Positions 12,320 to 25,642 of a stretch of 64,000 bases of DNA are shown piece by piece; the first letter of the stretch is position 1, and the number at the start of each line of letters is the position of its first letter. A model generated the notes under the pieces. It ran no database searches and had not been told where the DNA came from. It saw only the letters and a program-made list of their open reading frames with translations. The translations under genes and the position numbers were made by a program. This stretch comes from Eledone cirrhosa (taxonomy: Eukaryota), in contig OZ024743.1 in the NCBI GenBank assembly GCA_964016885.1, forward strand, positions 19,778,001 to 19,842,000, written 5' to 3'.

Positions 12320-15242
12320 AACCAAATAAATATATATATTTTAAAAAAAAATAAGACTTCAGTTGCATTTTCGATTTCATCCCTTTTTCTTTATATATAT
12401 ATATATATATAGTTATACGTGTGTGTGTATGTGTGTGTGCGTGTGTATTTACCGATGATGTTGATCTTTTCTTCTTTTCAGGTTATAGCTACTGTCGCTC
12501 AGGGAGTAGGATTGGCTCAGTGCACAGTCTTTCCTCACTTTAAAAAATATCTTCACGCACAGGCATTGCACGATTGATTAATTATTAATAATGGTATAAC
12601 GTGCAATGGCCATACTCGATAACGAGGGGGCAGCCATCATCATGTATGCAAGTATGTAAGATATAAAATTTTACAAATATCCTGAAATATCTGAATCTAT
12701 TTTTGAAATTTCAAGACAGATATTTGCCGGCTCAATCAAGTAATAGATCCCCTATAATCAGGCCTGATCCATATTTTGGGAACACTTTTAGACAATGCAG
12801 TGAGAGTGGATCCAATAGTGGAAGGAATGGGCTCATTTTCATATTATTATGTCTCTAAATAGTTGTTCTACCTTCCCTGTAAAGGTAACAGCTCTACTCT
12901 TTCGTGATGCCCTTAAAGCCAGGAACTTTTCAGCGCCCCGTCGTAAGTGTGTGTGAGTGTGTGTGTGTGTGTCATTTTCGAATATTTCCACCATCATATA
13001 TACCATAGTTTTTTTATACTAATCCACTTTTCCAAATCCACTGATGAAGCATCAGTATACACTGATACTGATCGTTTATTTTTGTGCAAGTCAGTGCTGA
13101 GACCTTCAATGTACTCAGTCATTTGACTGCCATTTTCTTTCGCAAAATCAGGAGTGGAGCATAACACTTAAGAGATGAAACCCACGAGGCTGAATGACTT
13201 ATGCTGCGGGTATCATCAGCTGCTAACCGCAAAAAATGCTTTTACTAACTTGACCACACAGTGCAGCTAAAATATTCCTTTCAGCCAAGGGTGTAAAATG
13301 TTCTCTCTTTTCATTCTTCCCTTTTCTTTTCTTAGATTTCCTTTCTTAGATTTCCTTTCTTCTGTCTTTTTGTCACTGTGTAATTTGTAATTAATTTCGT
13401 TCTGCCATAACACATATTCACGCACAAAACTGTCATCTCTACTCACTTAAGCAGTGTGACTTTACATCTCCCCACCAAGCGCTTACTTAGATATCCATAT
13501 AATTCGCACATGTTTTGTTTATTATATAATAAAAGCAAAATACACTTTCTACATCTCACTATCAAAGGAGCCAGCAGGGCAATACTTTTAAATAACTCTA
13601 TCTGACAAACACACACACATTCACACATACATACACACACATGTGCGTGTCTGTCTATGTGCGTGTGTGCGTTTGTGCTCGTGTATTTGAGAGTGAAAGA
13701 GAACCTAGTAATTAAACTCTAACATAGGAATATATATTTCCGTCAAACAACATTACATGTCAAATGCCATTGCGTTTCCCACCGCAAACACGACTTTCTT
13801 TGTTATTATTCTAATGAAGGTGTCAAAGAAAGTTTATTATTTTCAAAATTGATATCTGCACCCACAGATGATTTACTATTGTTGAGTGCTCTTCAAATAC
13901 TGACAAATATTTCCATAGATTCTGATGGAAAGAATATAGAGATATAGATATAGACTATTGATTTATTAGCGTAACATCTGGTTTTGAGTTATGTTAGTGA
14001 TTCTTGACAAGTTTACATATATGTACAATTCTGCTATGGCATACTTGTCCAGTCATATACAAATATGGGACATTAAATTCAAATATTGATGCACTAGGTC
14101 GACTACCAATTATATCTACGTTGATATTAGTAGCTATAACGGATGTGCTTGTATTGATCATGTAATCAATTTTTGATAACCATTTAGAATTCTCTGGCAT
14201 AAATTCAAGCAGCATATATATGACAAACGTTTTCATTAAAGTATTTGAATTTTGATTTTCGCGTTGCACAAATACCATACATTATAAAGGTGGAGGATGT
14301 AATCACATAATATTCGATGAAGATTCGTGGGCTTTTCTTTTCTATGGCAGGAAGATATTGACCTGTGCCACGCCAGAATTTGGGTCAACTTCCAGCCTGC
14401 TCTACGATGCATTTCATGATTTGAAGGTTGTCATGGAGAGATCTGTGCATTACCAATGACAAGTGCTTAACTCTTAGCCAGCAACTTTGCCAAATCCTTC
14501 AGCTTTGCGTTACGGACTTGAACGTGTATATCATGTCACCTTGTGGGTTTTGATCTCAGAACACTTAGAGCGTAAATAAAGTTCACAAGAGAGTTTGTGG
14601 GATGCTGTAACGATGCTGTCAAATAGCAATATGGATCGGAAAAAATAGAAGTAGACTGATAGAAAATAGTTTATATTGCATCACTTTTAATTGCTCTATT
14701 GCACCATATTCTGTTTCTTAACGGTAATTATTTATAGGGTTATACGTTATGACTGTAATAGATAAGAATTGCTTACCTTTGAAAGAGAATGCAATCAAAA
14801 ATGTAAATAGCTCTTTCATTACAACATACTCAGAACCTGTCAGCAGTTTCTGTATCAAGGGATGGAAGTGAGGAAAATAATGCTGGAAGAAATCCAATTT
14901 AATTTTCTGGCACAATGTAGAATATAAGGGACATTTATCATATCAGTAGGAATTAAATGGAGCCATGGAAGTGGAATAGAAAATGAGAAGGTCATAACCA
15001 TTGGAGATAGCATAGGATTGCTCTTTTGCATAATGGAAATGTTCTACGAGGTAGGTTGGTTTTAATCCAAAGGTACAACTCTTCATTATTTATGAAAAAA
15101 CAAACCGGAAATTACTGGATATGATTCAGGCAGATTTATATATATATATATATATATATACATATATTCATACATAGACACACGCACACACACACATATT
15201 CAATAGAAGTCAACAATAGAACCAAACAATTCATATATATAT

Positions 15243-15366
<124 letters not shown>

Positions 15367-15812
15367 CAGTGTATGGTTCTATTGTTAATTATTAACTATA
15401 TCTATCATTAACTCTGCATATAATCTCATTCTGTAATATATTCATGTGGGAATGTTCAATATTACCAAATTCTGCCATATATTTTAAGCATACTAGAAAA
15501 TATTGCTATACTTTCCCTTTGTGACCTTATGATTATTGGATATGTAACGTTATAATATCCCCCTTGGTTGTAACGATTAATGGTTCGAGCGCAATTTGCA
15601 ATAATCAATATTTTTCTGAGGTTACATTGAGTTATGTGCACGAGAAAGTAACCTTGTTTGACCACCCTAAGGAATATTTCCCCTTTCTTAAAAGTGTTCA
15701 TTTTCGTACATATTAACCCAAAGCTATGGCATAGAGTTTTCCTCATATTGAACCAGTAAGGATCCTCTCGGCTACTACATCACAGATAAAGTAATTTATG
15801 TATGTATCTATG

Positions 15813-15860
<48 letters not shown>

Positions 15861-17097
15861 GTGAGATAGAGTGAGAAAGAGAGAGGAGAAATAAAATACA
15901 GAGTTAGGAGAGAGGTAAGGAAACAGAAAATATATATTAAACTACGAACTTTAATATTCAATGTAGAGGAATAGGAAACTGTAAATGTCTGAATAAAATA
16001 TACACTATGCAATCATAATCTTACGGTTAAAATTTAACTTATGTAGTCAACGGCAACATTTTACTATCAGATAACTTCATCACTTTTTTATGTTCATGCA
16101 TGATTTATAAACACACATAATGTATATGTATGTATGTATGTATGTATAATGTGTAATGTGTGTTCTAATCAATAGTTCGTTGCAACAACATTGATGAGGG
16201 AAGATCCAATATATTTTATAGTAGTTTCAATCTTAAAATAAGTTAGGTGTGTAAATATCACACTGCTTTTGAATTAGTCTATAGGAGAAACCAGGAAAAA
16301 GAAAGGACATCGCTCTAAAGACAATGAAGAACGTTGACTGGCCTTTGTAGTCACTAACAAGATGCAAAGCACTCTGACGCCAGCTTATGAATTAGTAGTG
16401 GACAGACAGTACCTCTTATATTAAAGCAGATACAGGATTGTTGCAGCACGAAAACAACAAACTGATAAACACCAGCAAAATAGCTGAAATGTTCACAATC
16501 CAAGCAGAAGCAGCAGCCATATCAAATACGAATTGGTTGATGGGAAATTCTTCCATGACCCCAAAAGGACTATAGCAGCTATCCAGGAATCTTTGGAAAA
16601 ATTAACAAATTGTCAACATTCTGGTGCCAAGAAGTGGATAGCAAGAACATCAGATCCATGCTGCACAAGAGACAAAGCTTACCATCCTACAATGCAAGAG
16701 CCACATGAATTTCTGAAGAATCTGCTCTTCAATGATACTCTCAGATGTATGGTACTTCATTAGATTAGAAAATACAATTCTACCTTTCCCAAACATATTT
16801 CGAAGGTGACAAGAACATACAAGACATTCGATTATGTTGAACGCATAACATTCAGGAATTGCTGTTTTTTAATGTGTGATCTTCTAACACTTCTCACAAA
16901 TTTATACTGGTTTATTTCAGGGGCGTCAACAGCACTGGACAAAATAAACAATATTGATTATCTTGATGCCTTGCACTGAACAAGTAATAAAGAAAATTAT
17001 GCTGTATTACCCACTTCAGTGAACATACACAACGATCCTCTTTTATTGGCAAAATACTTTGTAATACGTGCCAAAATATATTGCTGCTGTCATAAGA

Positions 17098-17127
17098 TAC
17101 CCGAACATTGCCGGGGACAATTGCTAG
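17098..17127 (+). mobile_element. Helitron-like 3' terminus
   Basis: GC hairpin cccg..cggg followed shortly by CTAG-T. Confidence 0.4.
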
Positions 17128-18037
17128 TGTGTATATAAAGAGGGAGTGTGCGGAAGAGAGAGAAATAAAGAAGAGGAAGAGGTATGGAGGGATAGGGAGA
17201 GGGACTACAAAGAAGTTTAATATTTAATGTAGGAATGTAAATATGTGAATATAGTGTACACCGTGTAATCAGAATCTAAAGTGTAACATTTAGACTAAGT
17301 AGTCAACAACATTTTATTATAAAATAACTACATTACTTTTTTATGTTTATGCATGATTTATGACAAAATATTAAACGGTAGAAAAGTAGATAGATCAGTT
17401 TTTTAAATATATTTATCTTCTAATCTATTTCTTTTGAATTAAGCAGATTATTACAAATAGTTTCTTGCATTATCCGTAGTGATCGGAGTATTTTGCACTA
17501 AATTTTATTGGGGCATGCACATCGGTGGTCTATGCCACACCAAATTGATTGCTATATTGCTGCTGAAGATTTTGATGCTTACGTAATTCCATTGTATCTG
17601 AGATCTCTGCCATATCTAATAATGGATGCGATTTCTTATTTTGATGTTTGAAGTAAAGAGTTAAATAGAAACAAAATAATATGCATCATCCTTGTTATTT
17701 CCAACAAAGAGGAAAATCAATTAGTATGATTAAATGACAGATAGTGCTTTAGCGTGACATATTAAAAGTTCAGAGGGGTACATTATTTGAAACGTTTGAT
17801 AGTGAAATAGTAGTTCAAACGTTTTGAAAATAAATAATAAATTTGCAAATACTTCTAAACATGAAAAAAACCACTTCGTTGAGATTAAAAAGTAAAAGCA
17901 AACAAATGCAAAATTACGTAGTAAATAGTCCGTTCTAAGAGCTGTTTGAACAGTATTGATGAGTGTAACACTGTCTAAAGTGTTACTGCACTTACGGATA
18001 AATTAGGATTTATTATTATTTAGTAATATATAGTAAA

Positions 18038-18225
18038 CCGCGGTAGATTGGCAGTATCGGTAGAGGTTCGGATGCTGTGCAACATAGAGTTACGGCCCTT
18101 TACGGCACGGGTTCAAATCCCACCGAGGTTCACTTTGCCATTCATCCTTACGGTGTCGAAAAAATAAAGTACCAGTAATGTACTGGGGTAATTGCTGGAC
18201 TTGTGCCAAAAGTAAAACAATTATT
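18038..18225 (+). mobile_element. SINE copy
   Basis: Same family, flanked by the duplicated sequence atatagtaa. Confidence 0.85.
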
Positions 18226-18249
18226 ATATAGTAATCACTATATATATAT

Positions 18250-18544
18250 GAATTTGTTTAGCAAGATTCTTTATCTGAAAACGTGTGTTGAAACCGATAT
18301 TGTTATGCTTTGGGAGGGTCATGTTACCAATAAGAAACACACGCACCAGTGTTTTCACTCAAATTTATTATAAATTAAATTTATGAATTTCAATATATGA
18401 ACAACCGTCCGGTTGTGGAACCAACCAACCAACCGGAAATTTATAAATTCTTAAATTTATAAATTTAATTTATAATAAATTGGAGTGAAAGCAACTGGTG
18501 CGTGTATTTCTTATTGGCAACATGACCCTCCCAAAGCATAACAC

Positions 18545-18548
<4 letters not shown>
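18250..18548. mobile_element. Fold-back element, family E: arms 18301-18390 / 18453-18543, left tail
   Basis: Inverted arms with an inner hairpin ccggttg/caaccgg and TA-repeat flanks. A single-arm relative lies at about 35580-35680. Confidence 0.8.
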
Positions 18549-18580
<32 letters not shown>

Positions 18581-18600
18581 CAGAGAGAGAGAGAGAGAAA

Positions 18601-18833
18601 TAATAAATGTTAAGACTAGAATCTGAAGAGGGCTCGTGAAGGATTATATATATATATAAGATCCCGTAAATGGTGAAAGCAGCGATTCTTTGCTTAAACT
18701 TTAATCTGTACTTATTATATATATATATATATATATATATTAGTAGTAGTAGTACAGAATAAAGTTTAAGCAAACAACCGCTGCTTTCACCTTATTACGA
18801 ACCCTCTTCGGATTTTGTTCTTTGTATTTATTA
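18601..18833. repeat. Imperfect inverted repeat centred on a (TA)n/(TAG)n run
   Basis: ggtgaaagcagcg..tttgcttaaacttta pairs with taaagtttaagcaaa..cgctgctttcacc, and tctgaagaggg pairs with ccctcttcgga. Confidence 0.7.
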
Positions 18834-18959
18834 TTACTATGGATTTATGATGGACTCTCCTCCTCCGAAGAGGCAATACTAGGTCTGCACGCAACCTATT
18901 TTGATGCTCCTATTTGGCGGGCCCAAGATCTGGGAGCAGGCTGAAGCCTGTTCCGCCCA

Positions 18960-19723
18960 TTATTAATTATGCAGACCACAACGCTTTATGTTGTCCTTCA
19001 GCTTGTCCTTAATCCGGCGGAGGGAACGTCCACCTCGGCGTTTTGCATTTGTTAGCTGATCAAACACCTTTGCACACGTCATTCATCCATTCTTACTAGG
19101 TAACCAGCCCATCTCAGGTTTATTTTGTCAGGCCATTTCACGTCACTGATCCCTCGTAAGCATCGCACGCACAGCTTTATAAACTTCAACCTTAACCCAT
19201 AAAGACATATATCTGTAATTACCAATGTAGAGCAGGCCTTTGCAATTAGGTGCTCTTGTCTCCTTGTCCAGTTTTGCATCATAAGATATGACTGAGCCAA
19301 GGTAGGTGAAATTATCAACTGTCTTAAGCTGTTAGCCATTCAAATACAAACTGCTGGTAAATCAGATGACTGATCTTTGGGGATGGGCTGATAAAGAAGC
19401 TCAAATCTGTTCATCCTGGATGCATCTGAAAAAGCATAAAGAATAGTTTGCATGTCTATCAATTTGTGAGCCACTAGAGCACATTCATTCACAAACAGAA
19501 TATCATGGCCTACCTGAACAAAAGCCTTTGTCTTTTTGCTTTAAAGTGTTGCTGGCGGTAAAGAAATCCTGTTGCTTGAAATTCAAAAGAAACTCCCTCA
19601 TTGGTATTTTGAAAAGAATTCGAAAAACAAAGCGAAAAGAAGAAGAGCAAAAGCATCATTTTTTTTTGTCCAATTAGTCTCATCAAAAGGTTCTGAGCCG
19701 TCACTTTCATTCCATAATGGAAG
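18960..19723 (-). pseudogene. RTE LINE remnant, 3' part (host of the Gypsy insertion)
   Basis: ORF 19079-19339 contains CLRGISDVKWPDKINLRWAGYLVRMDE. Confidence 0.6.
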
Positions 19724-19727
19724 GATA

Positions 19728-20163
19728 TAAAGAAAAATGATATATCGTCCAGGTGTGTGAACGGTATCTCATCTCTCTAAGATTATTAATTAAAACAGAA
19801 GGGCTTTAATGATAACAAGGCTAATCTTTTTATTAAATGATACATTTAATAAAACACAACATAATAATTACATTCAGAGTCACAGAACATACTCTGCAAG
19901 CTAAACGGCAATGGCTTAATTCTTACATTCAAGAAGAGATATGAAAATTTCTTGGTCAAAAACAGGCGTTTTCACAAAGTACGTCTACGTGGCAGGACAA
20001 AGGCGACTGGAATCAAAAACCAAATCTTTTGAGTTTTACATTGACGTCTCTTCTTTTAGAGAACGCCGAGATAAGGGAAGTAATTCGCTATTTTTTTTTG
20101 TGTTACCCACAGGTGGCGACACTGCGTTGCTATAGTCAACACACTGTGGCCATAGTTACTACA
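19728..20163 (-). repeat. 3' LTR (436 bp, TG...TA)
   Basis: Direct repeat of 25205-25642 with about 15 substitutions and one small indel by eye. Preceded on the minus strand by the purine-rich tract GGAGGTGA. Confidence 0.95.
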
Positions 20164-20623
20164 ATCACCTCCGACCAGATTTTTAATGAAAATCGTAAAA
20201 CAAATGATAGCATGGAGGAACCAGAAGTTGTAAACTGGTGCAATAAAAATTCCTGTAGTATATAACAATGAAGCTAAAGCCTTACAATGTACTCTTTACA
20301 AGTTGTTGAAACCGGTTTCAAAACGAACAATATAGAGGTGAAATAGGTTAATGCATGCAAGCATTACACAAAAAATATACAACAAATGCAATAATTATAC
20401 ACATGCAGCAATAAATGCAAAATGCATTAAAAATACCATTCGCAGTAAGGGTCCCAAATGCGATAAAAAAACGATAGGCATTGAAAATGCCATAGGCAGT
20501 AAGGTTACAAAATGCAATGAACAATTATAATATGCCTTTAAAATACCAAAGGCAGTCAGGGTACAAAACGCAACAACAAATTCAATATACAGTAAAAATA
20601 ACTGCAAGACAAAAGAATACAAT

Positions 20624-21781
20624 TCAGAAGTTTATAGTACTGCATAGCTTACGGGGCCAATGCACCCTTCGACCTGAATGGGTCGTATTTCTGTATGTTG
20701 GTGGTGGTGGGGGGCGAAGAAACAAGTGTATGTGGAGAAGAAAAAGAAGGGGCATTTGTGGTTCAAGTGTCACCGTGTCAGTGTCCAGATTGGCTCGTTT
20801 GAGGCGATCAACGTAAATAGTTTCCCTGCACCCCCTAATGTCCACTGTGAAATGTTTCTCTGTACGACCAAGCACACGATAGGGTCCAGAGTACGGCCGT
20901 GTGAGAGGGGGTCTCACAGCGTCGTCTCTAACGAATACATGTGTCCACAAGGCAATATCCCTTGGGACGGCAGTTTTACAGTTTGCTTCCTAGTCTCCAT
21001 CGGTGGTAAATCCTGGAAGTAAGAATGAAGCCGGGACACGTAGGAAGCGGGATCCTGCAAAGCAAGATCAACAGGAGCAAGCATTTGCCCCGGTAACGCA
21101 AGAGGAGTACCATAAATCAATTCGGCCGGGGAGAACCCAAGGTCCACCTTTATTGTCGACCGAATACCTAACAACACAATAGGTAGGTACTCGCTCCAAC
21201 GTGAAGAGTCCATGGAAGCCCTTAAAGAGGCTTTGAGTTGCCTGTGGAATCTTTCCACCATTCCGTTTGATGCTGGATGATATGCCGTGGTTCTTATGCG
21301 AGTAGCGCCAATAATTTGTGTTAATTCACGGAAGAGGTTCGATTCAAATTGACGACCGTGGTCTGTTGTTATTGTGGTTGGTACTCTAAAACGAGCGATC
21401 CATGCAGATACGAGAGTACGCGCTGTCGTTTCAGCAGTGATATCTGTCATAGGGATGGCTTCAGGCCAACGCGAAAAACGGTCAACGATCGTCAAAATAT
21501 ACGAATAACCACGACTAATGGGCCAGGGGCCGACGATGTCCACATGGATGTGACGAAATCTGGCATCAGGACAGGTGAAAGTTCCGAGGAGTTTTAACGT
21601 GCTTATGAACTTTTGACTTTTGGCAAGCGACACAGGAACGGCACCAAGCAGCAATGTCACGTCTCATATCAGGCCAGAAAAATCTGGCTGTTATGAGTTT
21701 TACCGAGGCTGTAGCTCCTGGGTGAGAAATGCCATGCAAAGCGAGAAATACAGTTCGTCGATGACCAACTGGGACGAGAGG
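20624..21781 (-). pseudogene. pol: Gypsy integrase (HHCC zinc finger, DDE core, GPY/F region), frameshifted
   Basis: LHGISHPG; HIHVDIVGP; [10 protein letters not shown]; [20 protein letters not shown]; PLTRPYSGPYRV. Confidence 0.9.
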
Positions 21782-22447
21782 TCATGGTGAGTCCAACGAG
21801 ATATCACAAAGTATCTGTCCGTTAGCGGTTGATAAAGGAAGGTATTTCATATTGCAGTTAATGAACTGCGGCGATGTGCAATCCAATGATTCAAGCGAGG
21901 GTTGGTCAATGGCCATTTGACGCAAATCTATATCGTTAGACGACGAGATCGAAGCTATCGGGAGGCGAGACAAGGCGTCTGCCGCAGTGTTCAACGCACC
22001 CGGAATATGTTGAATATCATTTGTGTATTGGGAAACAAAATCCAGATGTCTAGTTTCCCTAGGCGAATATTTGTCAGATTTTGATCTTAAAGCAAAAATC
22101 AACGGTTTGTGATCTGTGAAAATAGTGAACGCTCTCCCGTCCAGAACATGGGAGAAATGTTTCACAGATAAATAAATTGCTAAAAGCTCACGCCCGAAAG
22201 TACTATAACGATTTTCGGCAGGCTTTAGCTTTCTCGAAAAAAATTCCAGTGGTTGTTGTAAACCATCGCACTTCTGTTGCAAGACTGCGCCCACGGCGGT
22301 ATCCGACGCATCAACACAGAGCGATAGCTCGGCGTTGGGTACTGGGTGGGCGAGCAAAGACGCGCTCGCTAACGCCTTTTTCACTTTTTTAAAATCCTTA
22401 AGCTGCGTTTTATTTAAGGAAATGTCCATATTCTTACGCCGGCAATT
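21782..22447 (-). pseudogene. pol: Gypsy RNase H domain
   Basis: VDASDTAVGAVLQQ, RELLAIY, FTDHKPL, AADALSR. Bounded by in-frame premature stops. Confidence 0.92.
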
Positions 22448-23344
22448 TTAAAAAATGTCTGTCAACGAGAACAGCAAGTTGGAACAACCAGGTACGAATC
22501 GCCTATAAAAATTTACAAGGCCCAGGAATTGACGCAATTGTCGCAGTGAACTTGGCGGAGGCAAACCCGATACTGCCTTAAGCTTCTCAGGAAGAGGTCG
22601 AATACCATCGGCGTCAATCAGATGACCTAAAAATATTAGTGAAGTCGAGCCGAAAACACACTTGGAAGCATTAATACGAACATTATATCTCTGTAAACGA
22701 TGAAATAAGAGATCCAGATGCTTTGAATGCTGATGAGGGGAAGAACTAGCAATCAACACGTCATCGATATGCGTGTACACAAAATCCAGGCCCCGAGTAA
22801 CATCATCCATAAATAGTTGGAAGGTACTAGCCGCATTTCTTAGCCCGAAAGGCATAGTGAGGAACTCGAAGGATCCAAAAGGAGTGGCAATAGCAGTCTT
22901 CGGAATATCCTCCTTTTTAACCGGAATCTGATTATAAGCACGAATCAAATCGATCTTAGAAAAAATTGTGCAACCTTGTAATGAAGAAGCGAAATCCTGC
23001 AAATGCGGGATTGGATAACGGTCAGGCACAGTAATCGCGTTTAAGCGTCGGTAGTCACCCGCCGGTCTCCACTCACCAGAAGATTTAAGTACCATATGTA
23101 GAGGCGATGCCCAAGCACTTGTGGAACGCCGAATTATTCCTAATTCCAGCATGTGGTCGAATTCAGACCGTGCAGCCTTCAACTTCTCTGCAGATAATCT
23201 TCGAGGACGTGAGAAAACGGGTGGACCTGTAGTGGATATAAAGTGTTCAATCACATGATCCGGACTAGCAATTCGTAATCTTCCTTGCGTCAGCTGTGGG
23301 AATGATTTTAACAAACTGTGATACTGGTTGCCCACTTCAGCCAA
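22448..23344 (-). pseudogene. pol: Gypsy reverse transcriptase
   Basis: [37 protein letters not shown] (YxDD altered to HIDD), [12 protein letters not shown]. Confidence 0.95.
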
Positions 23345-23752
23345 GAAAAAAGCAGGGGTTACTGTGGCGATCTCCGGCTTTGTACCATTGAACGATAGCC
23401 CTGTATTAGCATCAAAATGTCATTGTCTGCGGATGTCAATCAACAAGGAAAAATGGTGGAGGAAATACGCTCCCAAGATAGCATATGGTAAGCCGGCGAT
23501 AGTAAATTTCCACCTAAAATCATGGCGAAGATTTGTAAACTTAAGAGGAAGCTAAATTTGTCCATAAGTTTGAATCGCCGTATGGTTGACTGCTTGCAAA
23601 TTGATAGTGGACTCAGGCGGAGTATTATCCAGATAACTAACTGGCCAAATACTTAGTGTCGCGCCAGTGTCGACAAGAAAAATTTCTTTGGACTGCAGGT
23701 CATACACAAAAGGAAGACGGTTTTGTCGAGTTTCCCAGAGTTGACTAGCCGC
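23345..23752 (-). pseudogene. pol: Gypsy aspartic protease
   Basis: Manual translation gives EIFLVDTGATLSIWP in the -1 frame relative to gag, with an in-frame TAG near 23553. Confidence 0.85.
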
Positions 23753-23754
23753 CC

Positions 23755-24549
23755 CTAGTGGCTCTGATTGGCGTTTTCCGAACTCCTATAGTTACAAGGC
23801 GCCCGACAGCTTTGCGCCCGTTTACCAAAGGTTGCATGATACCAACAAAGTTGAGGATTACTACTACCTCTAGTGTAGTGGCGGCGAGGAACAGCAGACG
23901 GGGGCGAACGATTCCTCAGACGTTGGGATGGCTCTCTGTTTTTGACAGTCAAAACATCCACTTTCCTGGTCAGCGCTTCGATTGCTTCCAGCAGTTTTTC
24001 CTCGGCTAAAGACGATTTGTGCAGGGGAACGGAAGAAGAAGCAACACAAGGATTATGCAGGCTGCTTTTTAAATCCAATTCTAGGATTTTATCGGCAGAT
24101 GCAGCGATCTGATCCAAAGAATCTCTCTCCAAAGTATTTACTAGAACCATCTGTGCACTCGGCGGCAAACGAGAGAAAAACAACTGTTTAATGAAGGATG
24201 TATCAATTCCTTGGGAGTCGCTCAGCTCACGTAGATGTCGCAAATAGGAGGTTCGCGTTCTGTCACCCATCTGTGCACCCTCCGATAATTCCCCAAAACG
24301 GCTCTCCACAGACTTAGTATTCCTCCGAAGAATTTCCAGTTTTAATGAGTCATAGGTTACGTCTGCAGCTAAATTCGTTACAACATCCTTTACGGAATAT
24401 GCCAAAGATACAGGCAGGCCATTAATAAGCACCTTCAATTTATGCTGTTCTTTGGTGTGGGTCAAATCGAAATAGCAATCGAGCTGAGAAAACCATAGTT
24501 TAATATCGCCCGCAAATATCGGCAAATGATGTGAATTCATGAGGCCCAA
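23755..24549 (-). CDS. gag: Gag with CHCC nucleocapsid motif
   Basis: 264-aa open ORF containing LWFSQLDCYF and CWYHATFGKRAQSCRAPC. Confidence 0.9.
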   Translation of the reverse strand: MGLMNSHHLPIFAGDIKLWFSQLDCYFDLTHTKEQHKLKVLINGLPVSLAYSVKDVVTNLAADVTYDSLKLEILRRNTKSVESRFGELSEGAQMGDRTRTSYLRHLRELSDSQGIDTSFIKQLFFSRLPPSAQMVLVNTLERDSLDQIAASADKILELDLKSSLHNPCVASSSVPLHKSSLAEEKLLEAIEALTRKVDVLTVKNREPSQRLRNRSPPSAVPRRHYTRGSSNPQLCWYHATFGKRAQSCRAPCNYRSSENANQSH

Positions 24550-25187
24550 AGATTTGATGAATTTTTAAGGCCAAATTATTTCTTCGAAGCAGCTATGCGA
24601 CCAAAAGGGGACACTGGAATCCAAAATCTTATTCACGCGAATTCAACTGAAATTCCTTTTGAAAATTCTCGCCGGCCAAAATAAAATTTGAATAATAAAA
24701 AAAATTATTTTCCATGAAAATCATTTGGTAAGAAAATCCCAAGATGGCTGATTGAAAAAGGTGTTTGTGATGAAGAAGCCGTCATGTGGCACGATTCAGC
24801 CAATCAGATGGCTAGGATTGAAGAAGACAAGCTGTACACGGGAAAACAAAATTTTTGAGTTTCCATTTTGTAATTTTAACAGAAGGTTGAAAGCAAAATT
24901 TTATATCCAGAGAAATCCTTTTTTTTTTTAATTTATTTTTTTTTTTTAAAGAGAGAAGTTGATGCAAGAGGAAAAATATTGTTCACTCAAAGACAAGATA
25001 CCAAACAACAACGGGCCTGAATTCCATATATATATGTGCAGCGTCGCACACTTTGTACATAAAATAAATATCATTATTGATAAAACGCTTGTTGAGTTGT
25101 GATAACTTTTTTTTGTTTTTATCTAACTATGCTTGCAAGGCAGGTCAGAAGGAGCTACAATTTAGCAATTAATTTTAAAAGTTGTTC

Positions 25188-25203
25188 GTAGTCGTGGTCA
25201 CCA
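25188..25203 (-). promoter_or_regulatory. Primer binding site, tRNA-Trp-like
   Basis: TGGTGACCACGAC lies 1 nt after the 5' LTR; the usual tRNA-Trp PBS is TGGTGACCCCGAC. Confidence 0.75.
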
Positions 25204-25204
25204 A

Positions 25205-25642
25205 TAAAGAAAAATGATATATCGTCCAGGTATGTGAACGACATCTCATCTCTCTAAGATTATTAATTAAAACAGAAGGGCTTTAACGATAACAAGGCTA
25301 ATCTTTTTATTAAATGATACATTTAATAAAACACAATATAATAATTACATTCACAGTCACAGAACATACCCTGCAAGCTAAACGGCAATGGCTTAATTCT
25401 TACATTCAAGAAGAGATATGAAAATCTCTTGGTCAAAAACAGGCGTTTTCACAAAATACGTCCACGTGGCAGGACAAAGGCGACTGGAATCAAAAACCAA
25501 ATCTCTTGAGTTTTACATTGGCGTCTCTTCTTTTAGAGAACGCCGAGATAAGGGAAGTAATTCGCTATTTTGTTTGTGTTACCCACAGGTGGCGACACTG
25601 CGTTGCTATAGTCAACAACACACTGTCGCCATAGTTACGACA
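25205..25642 (-). repeat. 5' LTR (438 bp)
   Basis: Direct repeat of 19728-20163 adjacent to the PBS. Confidence 0.95.

Larger units (their letters stand above)
12038..12395. mobile_element. Near-perfect fold-back element: 141-bp arms 12106-12246 / 12248-12388 with a left tail
   Basis: Centre at 12247 with a 1-nt loop and about 2 mismatches by eye. The ORF track shows near-identical mirror ORFs on both strands. Flanked by (TA)n. Confidence 0.95.
19728..25642 (-). mobile_element. Full-length decayed Ty3/Gypsy LTR retrotransposon, CsRn1/Kabuki-like
   Basis: Two LTRs, 4-bp TSD GATA (19724-19727 and 25643-25646), tRNA-Trp-like PBS, gag with a CHCC knuckle, and PR-RT-RH-IN domain order. Confidence 0.95.

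Noticed and set aside
12140-12354. Mirror-image 61-aa ORFs on both strands (also 52762-52994 and 56728-57151)
   Set aside because: A by-product of DNA palindromes, with no protein motif.
13038-13080. CTGATGA followed by the hairpin atcagt/actgat
   Set aside because: No GAAA box or stem I/III partner follows, so no hammerhead can be folded.
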